A DNA stretch of 64,000 nucleotides from Vermamoeba vermiformis (lineage: Eukaryota), in NCBI GenBank assembly GCA_045837725.1, contig JBEWZL010000210.1, forward strand, positions 1 to 64,000, in the 5' to 3' direction. The translations under genes were made by a program, and so were the position numbers. The stretch's first letter is position 1. Each line of letters starts with the position of its first letter. Below, one piece after another: positions 23,041 to 34,745 of this stretch. The notes under the pieces are model-generated. The model was not told where the DNA came from. It saw only the letters and a list, made by a program, of their open reading frames with translations, and made no database searches.

Positions 23041-24052
23041 AACCGCTACCCACGCCGCTCTAAGGCCCCCCGCAACAAACGAAGAATAGGAACGAAAGTA
23101 TAAGCCCATCATCGTATTCCATATCCGATAAATTTTTGCTTATATTATAACAAAAAATAGCCATGCACGTCATAATAATTTTGACAAAATATAAATTATT
23201 TTATGGCCACAAAGCTAACGGTGAGGAAACAGACACCAGCCATTGATCAAGCCCGAATTACGCACATGCCGCAAATCAAATGACCTGTATAATTATAAAC
23301 ATATGAATTAAGGCTCGGAAAGTAACAAACGATCACAACTCCTCATCAACTCATCACTTCCATACCAATTTTCAAATCAGATTTAGTTTTTAGGCGCAAT
23401 TTTTAAAAGTGCTCGAGTTTACTGATAAATCGCAGCAAACTGCAACGGAAACAAAAGATGTTATTAACCACATCAAAGTAATGATATTTCTTAATTAATT
23501 GTTGAGAACAGCAGCGCAGCAGAAGAAATAAGTTAAAAAAAAATGTAGATTCGGATTTGACCCATCAAGACAGCTGCTGATATAACAAAGGCAATATTAT
23601 ATTTATATACGTACATTTATATCGTGCGCACGAAGGAGAATTAAATTCGAAGGTTGTCTAAGCAAGATCGCGGATTGAGCAGCCACGATCTGGCTTACCT
23701 GGGCAGCAGTGCGTAAATGATTTCGTGCACATGAATTTCTATATATATTGAAGTATATGAGCAATGTTTGGTGCAATTTTACGTGTTGGTGTGGTTCAAT
23801 CTACATTCGTCAAAACGAATCTCCAAAAATGGTCGCAAGTGACCGTTACAACTTCAAAAAGCCTCCCAATTCAATCAGGGAGGCCAAAAAATACTGTCGC
23901 TACCCATAGTCACTCGCTACGGGGCGTTACAAAAATCGAAACCAAATGGCAACTTGGTTGCCGTTTTATGGCGTTGCCATATTTCGGCGTAACAAGTGTC
24001 ATTGAAATCAAAACACACCACGCTAGTTTTTGGAATTGTAGTGAGTAATAAA

Positions 24053-25215
24053 ATGGCAACATCTCACAACAGTCGAAAGCGCTCCTTGCCCAGTCATTTC
24101 TCTGACTATGTTACTAGTAATGCAGCTCCTTCTGCAAAGAAACAAAAGATTTCTGTCACTTGCAAAAACCAAAAGACTGCGGTCCCCAATAAGAAGGTAA
24201 GTGTTGTGATTGTTTGAAATCTCTGACGTCAGAATAGCGTAAACGCCTTGCTGATGAAGTTGACGAAACTGAACCAAAAGAGAAAAAGCAGAAGAAAGCC
24301 AACGCAGCTTCCATACAAAACTGGCAAAAACAGCGCATTGACCTTGGATGGACTTTGCCTGGAGCCAAGTTCAAACCTCCAGCAATAAAAGAGCTATCAA
24401 ATCGTGGTCCAAAGAATATTCCTGTCAACAAAGAAGAATGCACAGAGATTGATATATTCAATCTCTTTGTTGAGGATATTATCGAATATTTGGTCACTCA
24501 AATTAACAACAATCGCTGCCCCAATGGTATAATTGATTATGAACCAACAAGCAAAGAAGAAGTGCTCCGATTTTGGGCAGTTTTAATGGCTCTTCCCTTC
24601 TCTGTTTGCAAAGCTTTGGATGATGTTTGGGCTACTGACTCAACAAGTTATGGATTGTGGGGAATGCCAGTTGTACCAACTTTAATGTCAAAAAATCGAT
24701 TTCATCAATTGATGGCAATGCTTCATGTTGATATACCAACTATTTCAGAAGTGGCAAATGCAAAAAGTTTGTACTGACGTAATATAACTTTCCGTTACTT
24801 ATCACAATGTTAACACTGCTCAAGCATACCAGCGACAAACTATTGATGATGCCCACCCTGCTTGGCTTGGACGTCTCATCTTGACTCATAAGCCAAGAAA
24901 AAAGAAACCTCATTAATCTATTACAATAACGATGGAGAATAATCTCGCTGAAGTCAACGTATGGTGGCTCCAACAACTAAAAAATATGATGAATTCAAAG
25001 CACTTTGGCGCCTGTATAACAACTTTTGATTACAAGGCTGTGCTGGAAACTCTTCAGAAACTGCCAACCAAGACGACAAACATTAATTAGAAGAAGATTC
25101 ATATTCTGCACATGTTCCTGCTAGAAGAAACAGAAGATTGCATTTTTGTATTGAATAAAGTAGATATTTAAGCGCTCTATTTTGCACAAGACTGATTATT
25201 CAACGTTGCTGGCTC
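24053..25215 (+). pseudogene. piggyBac transposase remnant
   Basis: IFNLFVEDIIEYLVTQIN..EEVLRFWAVL..W..MSKNRFHQLMAMLH and TIDDAHPAWLGR..KP, followed by stops and loss of most of the catalytic core. Confidence 0.88.
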
Positions 25216-28136
25216 AAACAATAACAAAATAAAACAATCAAGGAAGCCACAGAAAACAGATATCAAAAGACAGAGCATTTCCAAAAAACTCCAAGAAGAT
25301 GTTCCCAACTTTGTCAGGCTTTAACAAGCAATGTAGCAATCCTGCTGACATCCACTTTTATGGACAATTCATCAAAGAAGCGAGATACTTGGAAGAAAAG
25401 ATGCTGCCATGATCGACCAACCTATTTTTTCAGCAGTATTCTGAAACAATCAAAATCTATAACAAAATAGCAACATTGCATAGAACAAGTTCTGCTTCTC
25501 ACACGACACTCTAGCTCGGCAGGAAAGAATAATGTATCCCTCAGAGGAGGAGACAAAACCTTCCGAAATCCATTATAGAAGAATATAGATGATCAAAGAA
25601 TTGAAGAACTTTTAACAATCATTTTCGACAGAAGAATTAAAAAAAAACAAAATCAATCTTTCCACAAAAAAGCTACCCAAAAAAATTAAGCCAAAATGAT
25701 GTATACTTCCATCAATACTCCAAAATAGGTCAACCTTGTTGGAGTACTGCATGCAGAAAATAAACAGAGTAACCCTAATGGGCTGCAGACTCCACCTCCA
25801 CGTGGTCAGCCTGGAAACTGCGCAGCACAGGCAAAGGAGTCACTGAGTGGTCTGCTTTGCAGATAAGTGAAACAAAGGGCTACAGGTTGTATCACTATGC
25901 TTACAATCTGGCGTTACAGGTTAAGTCCTAGAGGCGTTGAAGGACACCGTACAGTCTGCTGTCTCATTCTCAGGCCAGTTCATTTTGATCTAGCTTGTGC
26001 CTCAGATCTGCAACGGACAGCACTGTCATTAGCTCAGTGTTGCTCTTTAGGATCTAGTGGGGACACAATCCCTGCTCATGACCTGTAGTTGCGAATGCTG
26101 CATGTGTCTTTCTTTATATATATATCATTTCTTTATTATTGCACAATACAAACATTACTAACAATCAAAGCCAGGTTCTATCTTGTATCTGTAAAAATAA
26201 ACCTGTATGACTTCTGTAATTTTTCTAGAATTCTTCAAAGGGGATGGGGCATGTCCAATTTTTGTCAGTCTACTACTAACTTTCAATTGCCTATCCAATG
26301 GTGCAAGAATTATTGGATTAGGAAGCATAGAAGCTGAGAAAACATAGTATACTAATCTTTACTTAGGCTGGCAGTTTAAGGCATATTGATCATATTGCTG
26401 CCACTGATCCACGTCCACTCATTTGATGCAATACGATATCGAATTACGTCGTTCAATAAACCTGTTTAATTTTTAAAAATTAAAAATTTAATAATTTATC
26501 AATTAACTGTTCAAACTCGTAATGTATGTTAATTGAATTTAATGGAGACTTACCCGCGACGGTGCCGTTCTTCTCCATAAATCCGTATCCTCCAAATAAG
26601 TACAATGCGGAGGCATCGTTACTGAGCCAACCAACCGCGCCAAGACGAGAGCCAGCTTCTTTTGTAGTTGGAGTGTTGAAGATTAGTTTGCCTGGAACAT
26701 TAAGATTCGAACTTCCTGCAACTTGACGCCATTGACTTGTTGCAATATCAAACCGCCATAGCTCACTTAGAAGTCCTATTTAAATCAATTAAACGATGAA
26801 GGATAATGAAAAAAATTCTAAGGCCAATGTATGCCTTCAAAAGAAAGAAAACTCGCGAATTATTGCGGCGATTTGTCTGTCATAATGTCGTACAAACCTA
26901 GAGTAGTCGAAATAGTGAATCCTTCGCCGCCAAACATCCACAACGATTGAGAAACAAACCATCCAGTCGCGTATGATCGACCACCTGGAACACTAGACAA
27001 AACAGTGTATTTTCCTGTTTGGTTGCCAGTGTCAGATCCGCTGACCCACATCCACTGACCAGAGCTCAAGTCAAAGGTCCACAAATCGTTCAAATACACT
27101 ATAGATAAAATCTATTAAACTACTAATCGAAACAGCGTCATGTATCGTACCATTTGTACCAGGTACGTTATTAATACTATATTGGCCTTGAGTACCATAC
27201 ACTCCAAGCGCATTTGCGGTGTTTGAGCCACTGAGCCAAGTCCATCTGTTTGTTGCTGTACGAAATCTCCAAAGATCGTTCATGATTGATCCTACGACAT
27301 TAGCGGTTGGTTATTACTACTTAAATATCATTTATGTTACGTTTCATACCATCAGGTAGTTGTCCGCCAAATAAATAGAAGTTTCCGACACCATCCGACC
27401 AAGAAACGGATCCAGATCTCGCTCCCGGTGTATTCTCTTCTGCTTCTTCACCTTTATTGCCATATACAGGTGCTTGATTAAGAATAGCGCTGTCTCTTTC
27501 CATGGACCAGGTTGAATTGAGATTCCACCGCCAAACATTATACAGTTTTCCTTAAAAATAAGTTTTGTAAATTTCAAATCCTTTAAATGAAAATATTTGT
27601 ACCAGAGTCGCCAACGTCTTGTCCGGTTGTTAGTTGAGCTCCTTGACCCCCGAAAATGTAGAAATTGTCGATACTATCGACGGAAACTCTTCCTAAGAAC
27701 GTGGCACCACTACGACCTTCCGGGCCAACAGTAACCTGTGCACTTGCATGAAAATAAAGCCCCGCAATCAAAATCAAATACACTGTAAGAACGTTAATCA
27801 TTGTTGCGATCTGATCTGTCAAACTTACCAATCAAACTTGAACCCTTTAAAAGCATACCTGATAGTATTGTTGTGCTCAAAATAATTCAGAAAGTGCATT
27901 GAACTATCTTTCCAGCCAGCGGAATCTTTTTGTGTTGCGAATTGAGTTGTGAATCAGTTCTTGCGGCAGTCGAGCGAGCATATTTAACGTTTTATTAGCA
28001 CTATCTTATCATGAGCATGCACATCTAGTTTGGCTAATAGTTCTCCGACCAGTTCCTGGTATTAGTTTTGTTAGCCTTATTCGCATCCGGATTCAAAACT
28101 TGAGCTACGTTACGTACCAAAAGTGTAGTGGTACCA

Positions 28137-29446
28137 TTATTTGTCTAATTCATTAATATTCTTGAGATACGTTGAAACAAATAACGACTCAATGATAGTG
28201 CTGTCGATGTCTTGCACGTCAGCCTGAGCAATGTCCAGTTGCCGCAAATTCGTTGCCAAACTTGGTAATGTCCAATCGTGAATTCCATCGATCGTTAAAG
28301 CACATTCATTACGTAGTGCTAATCTAGTGAGATTTCTGGCGGGTATCAAGTTCAACGCTGGATCCGTCATTTCTGTTGCGAATGCTGAAAAGTCTTCTAA
28401 TTGCGTTAAATATTGAATGCCGTTGTAATCGTTCACTTGGGTGAAAAATAATTCGAGGAATTTTAATTGGGTGCAATGTGCGAGCCATTCTAATGACTCC
28501 AAGTTCATCGAATCCAGCTGAACACGCTCGAGTTGAAAATTTTTGAAGACTTCGTAATTAAGATCGCAATTATACAGCTGCAATTCTCGTAAATTCGTCA
28601 AAGTGCTTATTTTCATGAATTCTGCCACATCTGTTGTATTTGCATCGATCATGCGGAGTCGCGTTAATTTGGTCATGTCAGCCAAGTGACTATACGCCTC
28701 GTCTTCCAAGTGTAAGGCCTCTATATAAATACTTTGCAAATTGGTCATTTGTTTGGCGAGTTCAATGTGTTTTGAGCGGAGTAATGGAACTCCTGTTTGC
28801 AAACTTTCGAGATTCGGAAATAATGAAAGGGCGGCCAAGTACTCTTCTGTCTTGGAAAAAGACTCTGCTCGTAATATGTTCAATTCGCGTATATTTTGTA
28901 ACGAGGACAGGCTTCGAATCTCTTCGTGCGAGTAAGATGTGAAAAGATCTTTTGGTTTTTGGATGGTCAATTGTGTTAAGCGTGTCAAATATGACAGCAC
29001 GTCCAAATGATTGTCAGGCAAATAGCACGAATAAAAGGAGAGGTATTCTAAGCACGTGAGCTGTTTCAAGCCAAGAAAAGTATCGGATCCGAATTGTCCT
29101 TTGTAGAACTTCAATTGAATGGGTGCTATTTAATAAATATTAGTCCGTTACGTACGATTACGCATTTGCACCACTTAAGGATTGCATAACAATTATTTTC
29201 GAAAATAATTTGTATTTTTCGTAAATTCTTACCTGACACAAACTTCAAAATATTGCATAAATAACCAAGCTGCTTATCATCAGTAAATTTCAATACGTGA
29301 AATCTCGGAAGACACTCATAGATTGTCAGGCACAACTTGATCCGCCATTTATTGCATACTAGACGCTTCTGCACGATATGACTATCTTCAATATACGACA
29401 AAATATGATAAAATATCTCCTCAGGAAATACAGGTTCTAATTCCAT
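28137..29446 (-). CDS. F-box/leucine-rich-repeat protein
   Basis: FPEEIFYHILSYI..LVCNKW F-box, then LxxLxxLxL repeats. The 3' end is uncertain. Confidence 0.85.
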
Positions 29447-29576
29447 TGTGCTTCTTTGGTAGCACAAATAAATAGAGTGAAAATTGGTTTTTGCGCAGTA
29501 TTTTGTGCTTGAACAGCGATCGGAGCACCGGTGACCGTTGTTTAACTTGTAATATATAACAATAAGAAAATATTTA

Positions 29577-32001
29577 ATGCGGCAGCTCCTTTTTATAGCG
29601 TTGCTCGTCACAGCAGTTTTCTGTTTCTCCGAGGATCAGGTCCAAACTGAAGGAGGGCTTGTAAGAGGCGCAGTCTTTGATGGATATCGCTCATTTAAGG
29701 TAATTCGCAATATATCATGGACACAGACTTATTTAAGCAACCAAAGTATTAAAGATATTACCGAGTTGCTTTTTCAACGGATATTTCTAGATCGACAATT
29801 AATTTATTTATTACCGTTGAACAAAAATTAATAATTATTTGCAATAGGGCATTCCATTTGTCGCAGCTCCCGTTGGCGATCTTCGTTGGGCGGCACCTAA
29901 ACCAAAAGCTCCTTGGTCTCCCGCAGTATTAGACGCCACTAAATATTCAGCTGGATGCCCGCAACAATGTCAATTACCAACATGTAAGTTAATTATCATT
30001 TAACAATTCGTGCACCGACATCCGGCGGATGTGCCAAGCCCATCAGGAATAACAACGCTCATTTCAGCTGTATTCTCGTGCACTTATTAATGGCAAATTT
30101 GTTTAATTCACATTTAGAGTTAGGTCATGTTTTGACTCCCACACTTTCATACCTTGAGTTTAACCCACATCCGTTACTTATTCAATTTTTAGTGATTTGC
30201 CCCGATCGCACCGATGAGGATTGCCTGTATTTGAACATTTTCACGCCTCGTGTGTCGCAAATGACGTCAAAAGTGCCCGTGATGGTGTTCTTCCCTGGAG
30301 GTCACTTCGATCAAGTACGTACGGCTTGCATATTCATAAAACTGATTACCTTATACGTACTATTTATAAGGGTACTGCCACTACTGACTTATACAACGGA
30401 GGATACATGGTGAACAGAAGCAACGTCATTCTCGTGACAACAAACTACAGGTACGAACGGATCTGAAAAACTAAAAGTGAACTTCACGTACCACCTGCAA
30501 CCATTAAATAATGCCATATGTAATGTAGATTAGGAGTCCTTGGATGGGTGGCAACAGGCACAATGAAAGGCAACTACGGTTTTCAAGACCAGATCGCAGC
30601 ACTTCAATGGGTTCAACGCAACATTGCCAACTTTGGTGGAGATCCAACACAAGTCACAATCTTTGGCGAGAGCGCTGGTGCCACTTCGATTGGAGCGCAC
30701 TTAATTTCGTCAAAATCAACAGGCTTGTTCTCACGAGGTACGTGACCAAAAGTACGCTCCGTGCACTTACTAATTAACTTGTTTTAGCAATCATTGAAAG
30801 CTTTCCAGCCACTCTCCCGATGAAGTAAGTCTTCTATTATAATGCAAGGACATGACCTAATCACCATTATTCAGGACGTGGGAAGATGCACGAACAATCG
30901 GTCGACTTTTCTTGGGAAATCTCTCATGCTCTGATGGCGACATGGGTTGCTTGAGGTACGTAGAAATACAAATATAGATTAAATGCTAATCAAATGTAGA
31001 TCCAAATCGGTCAAAGATATTATTATTGCGCAAAACAAGGTTGCGAATCACTTGCCGATTCTTCATCCTTTGCAATTATTCTTGCCATGGACTCCCGTTA
31101 GTAAGTATAGTGTACTTAAGCCAATTAATACTAATTCAATCCTAGTTAATGGTATCGAGTTCACGAATGACATGTGGAACGCTGTATCATCAGGCAGTTT
31201 CAACAAAGTACCTGTGATGATCGGAACTGTCTCCGAAGAGGCTCTTATGTTCGTCTACTTAGCAGCCCCGACGATGCAAATCAATGACGCTGAGTACATA
31301 GCTGCTGTTACATACCTGTTCACGAGTGACTTCACGAAGGTGCTGCTAGAGTACCCGCCAACACCTCTCTTCGGCGACAAACGCCCCGCTTTAGGCGCGT
31401 TGGGCACTGATTATATCTTCACTTGCCCAAATAGGTAAGCACACCACGTGACCAAATGTACGAGCTCAACTAACGAGTGCGCAATAGATATTGGACAGGC
31501 ATGATCGCCGCAAATAACGTGCCAACGTGGATCTACCAGGTAATTATATCTCAATGTTATTATTAATAAGAGCATTGCTAATATTGTTTGTAGTTCACAC
31601 ACGCATCCAGCGTTGATTTTTGGCAGCCGACTTACCCGTTCTGCGTCGGTCACGTGTGTCACGGCGTTGAATTGCCATTTTTATTCGTGCGTTATTATAA
31701 TGCTTTCTATCATATATTATAGTTATTAATTTTAATGCTATTGAAGAACACGTTGCAATTGTTCAACATGCATCCGACACCGCAAGAAGTTCAAATGTCA
31801 AACTCGATGATCGACTACTGGACCAACTTTGCCAAAACAGGAAATCCCAACAAACCAGCACCAGTGCAGTACTGGCCTCAATTCGACTACACAAACTTCA
31901 ACTCACTCGACATCAACACACCAATCACTGTTGTTCAAGGACTGAAGAAGAACAAATGTGACTTCTGGGACGGTATTGGTTATTTTGACGGTGCGAAATA
32001 G
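29577..32001 (+). CDS. Secreted type-B carboxylesterase/cholinesterase-family protein, copy 1
   Basis: Signal peptide, [14 protein letters not shown] nucleophile, [20 protein letters not shown]. Confidence 0.95.
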
Positions 32002-32298
32002 ATTGAACATTAAAGGTAATCATACTTTATCCAACATATTAGTTCATGTCCGATGTTGTTCGAAAAAACAAATTTTTCTTCAATGTCACGATTTCTCGCC
32101 ACAGGAGGATGAAAACTAATAGTCCTTATTTAATATTGTTTTTCGATTCAACTACCGTTTATTTTAATCGTTGGGTTCTTAACTTGAGACAACCAATTTG
32201 ACTTGACAGCTGTCACTTTATTTTTAGCGCTTAAAACAAAACGAAAATCTAGGCTTTGCAATTTACACTCTTTAACACCTAGTCAAATCGATCACCAT

Positions 32299-34680
32299 AT
32301 GAAGGTTCTTATAGTACTTGGCCTGCTTTTCGTGGTTGCGCAGATCCAATGTTGGTCCGAAAAAAAGGTGCAAACTGAAGGAGGACTTGTGGTAGGCAGA
32401 GTGCTCGACGGTTACCGCTCGTTTAGGGTGAGTCAAATATATTTAATCTTCATAACAGCAGAACGTTATTATCACTTTTCCTTGGATCGAACTTCGAATT
32501 TTGTTTTACTCGTTTAACGCCAATTAAATCATGATAAATCGTAAATAATTTGTTGATATTTAATTGAAAGGGAATTCCGTTCATGGCAGCACCTGTTGGT
32601 GATCTGCGTTGGGCAGCACCTCAACCGAAAGCTCCTTGGTCTCCTGCTGTACTTGACGCTTCACAATATTCAGCTGGCTGTCCTCAGAATTGCATATTGC
32701 GTAATAGTAAGTATTAAACTGCAAGGCGTATAGTAAGCTCCAATACAAAACCATCAATACGCGTAGATTTTCTTTCGAAATTTCTCGTAAGCACACTTTG
32801 CGACTTTAGTAATTGTTACGCCTTATAGTGACCTGTCCTAAATCGACTAGCGAAGATTGCCTTTACTTGAATGTTTTCACGCCTCGTGTGTCGCAAATGA
32901 CGTCAAAAGTACCCGTGATGGTGTTCTTCCCTGGAGGTCACTTCGATCAAGTACGTCTTCGTTAAGAAAGTATCTCTTACTCAATATATGCTAAAATATC
33001 TCTAAGGGCACCGCCAGCACCGATCTTTTCAACGGAGGATACATGGTGAACAGAAGCAACGTCATTCTCGTGACAACAAACTACAGGTAAGGACTGATCT
33101 GAAAAACTGAACTAAAAATGGATTTCACACATCACCTGCAACCATTCAATAATGTCAAATGTAATGTAGATTAGGAGTACTTGGATGGGTGGCAACAGGC
33201 ACAATGAAAGGCAACTACGGATTCCAAGATCAAATCGCAGCACTTCAATGGGTTCAACGCAACATTGCCAACTTTGGAGGAGATCCAACACAAGTCACAA
33301 TCTTTGGTCAAAGTGCTGGTGCCGACTCAATTGCAGCGCACTTGATTTCCCCTAAATCTGCTGGCTTGTTCTCACGAGGTACGTGACTAAAGTAGAAACC
33401 CTCGAAAATATTAATCATGTTGACAGCTATCGTACAAAGCTTCCCTGTCACTGTCCCGATGAAGTAAGTTGTTCAACTTGATATTACGCGGCCTAATCAC
33501 CGTAATTTAGGACCTGGGAAGACGCACGAAAGATTGGACGACTTTTCTTGGGAAATCTCTCGTGCTCTGATGGCGACATGGGCTGCTTGAGGTACGTTTA
33601 ACAATCGAAGCTAATTATTTGTTAATAATAGCTTATAACCGCTGCATTAGATCCAAATCGGTGGAAGAGATTATGACAGCTCAACAGAAGGTCGCAACAC
33701 ACCTGCCTGTACTTCACCCTTTGCAAATATTCATGCCTTGGACTCCCGTCAGTAAGTTTATTCATTTAATTACACGCCAACTAATGCTAGTGTTGAGTTA
33801 ACGGCAACGAATTGGTGAACGATATTTGGAATGCGTTCTCGTCAGGCAGCTTCAACAAAGTACCCGTGATGATCGGAACTGTCTCCGAAGAGGCCCTAAT
33901 GTTCATCTACTTGGCGGACCCTACTAAGAAGATCAACGATGCTGAGTACGTTGGTGCATTGGCTTACTTGTTCACGAGTGATGCTGCTAAAGTGCTGTTG
34001 GAGTACCCGCCAAAGCCTGTCGTCGGCGATAAGAGACCTGCTTTGGGCGTCCTTGGCACTGACTACATATTCGCCTGTCCTACTCGGTACGTCATTATAG
34101 CTACCCAATGTGGTCTATGTTCTTACTAATATGATTTTGTATTAATACAGTTACATGACTGGTTTGATCGGGGCCAATAACATATCTACTTGGCTGTACC
34201 AAGTAAGTAAAATGTTTGTTGTATTTATGCTTTAAGACTGACGCGTGCCGATTTGTAGTTCTCGCATGTGTCTACGAATGATTTTTGGATGCCTGGTTAT
34301 CCATTCTGCGTTGGTCACGTGTGTCACGGTGAAGAATTGCCTTTCCTATTTGTACGTGAATAGCGTCGCAAGCAAACGTTTGCTATCTGAATATGATGTG
34401 AAGCTAACTCAACTAATTATTGCAGAACACGTTACCAATATTTGGAAAGACACCCACTGACGCCGAACTGATCATGTCCAACGCAATGATCGACTACTGG
34501 ACCAACTTCGCCAAAACAGGAAATCCCAACAAACCAGCACCAGTGCAGTACTGGCCTCAGTTCGACTACGCAAACTTCAACTCGCTCGACATCAACACAC
34601 CAATCAGTGTTGTTCAAGGATTGAAGAAGAACAAATGTGACTTCTGGGATGGTATTGGTTATTTTGACGGTGCGAAATAG
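32299..34680 (+). CDS. Secreted type-B carboxylesterase, copy 2
   Basis: Same exon structure as copy 1. GQSAG nucleophile. Confidence 0.95.
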
Positions 34681-34745
34681 ATCAGACATTGAAGGTAAAT
34701 CATACTTTATACACACTTACATGTACTGCTTGAAGTTCAGCAGTA

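Larger units (their letters stand above)
22500..26382 (+). mobile_element. Decayed piggyBac-superfamily transposon (element 2), 3883 bp, ATAT target-site duplication
   Basis: TIRs GCCTTAACCTCCCAGC (22500-22515) and GCTGGCAGTTTAAGGC (26367-26382) match at 14/16. ATAT at 22496-22499 and 26383-26386. Transposase remnant inside. Confidence 0.92.
20220..27801 (-). pseudogene. Kelch-repeat surface protein with Cys-rich repeat and GPI-like tail, split by element 2
   Basis: Repeated (F/Y)GG..NDLWR(Y/F)..WTW Kelch motifs on both sides of the insertion. Removing 22500-26382 plus one ATAT restores ..WISGSNMINMPSVYGTQG. Signal peptide at 27801, CDDGNSCTHNDTC motif near the C-terminus, apparent frame disruption near 22000-22080. 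Confidence 0.85.

Noticed and set aside
22503-26379. Canonical TTAA-bounded piggyBac
   Set aside because: Excision at TTAA leaves 14 extra bp in the Kelch exon, and the inverted repeat extends 3 bp beyond TTAA on both sides.
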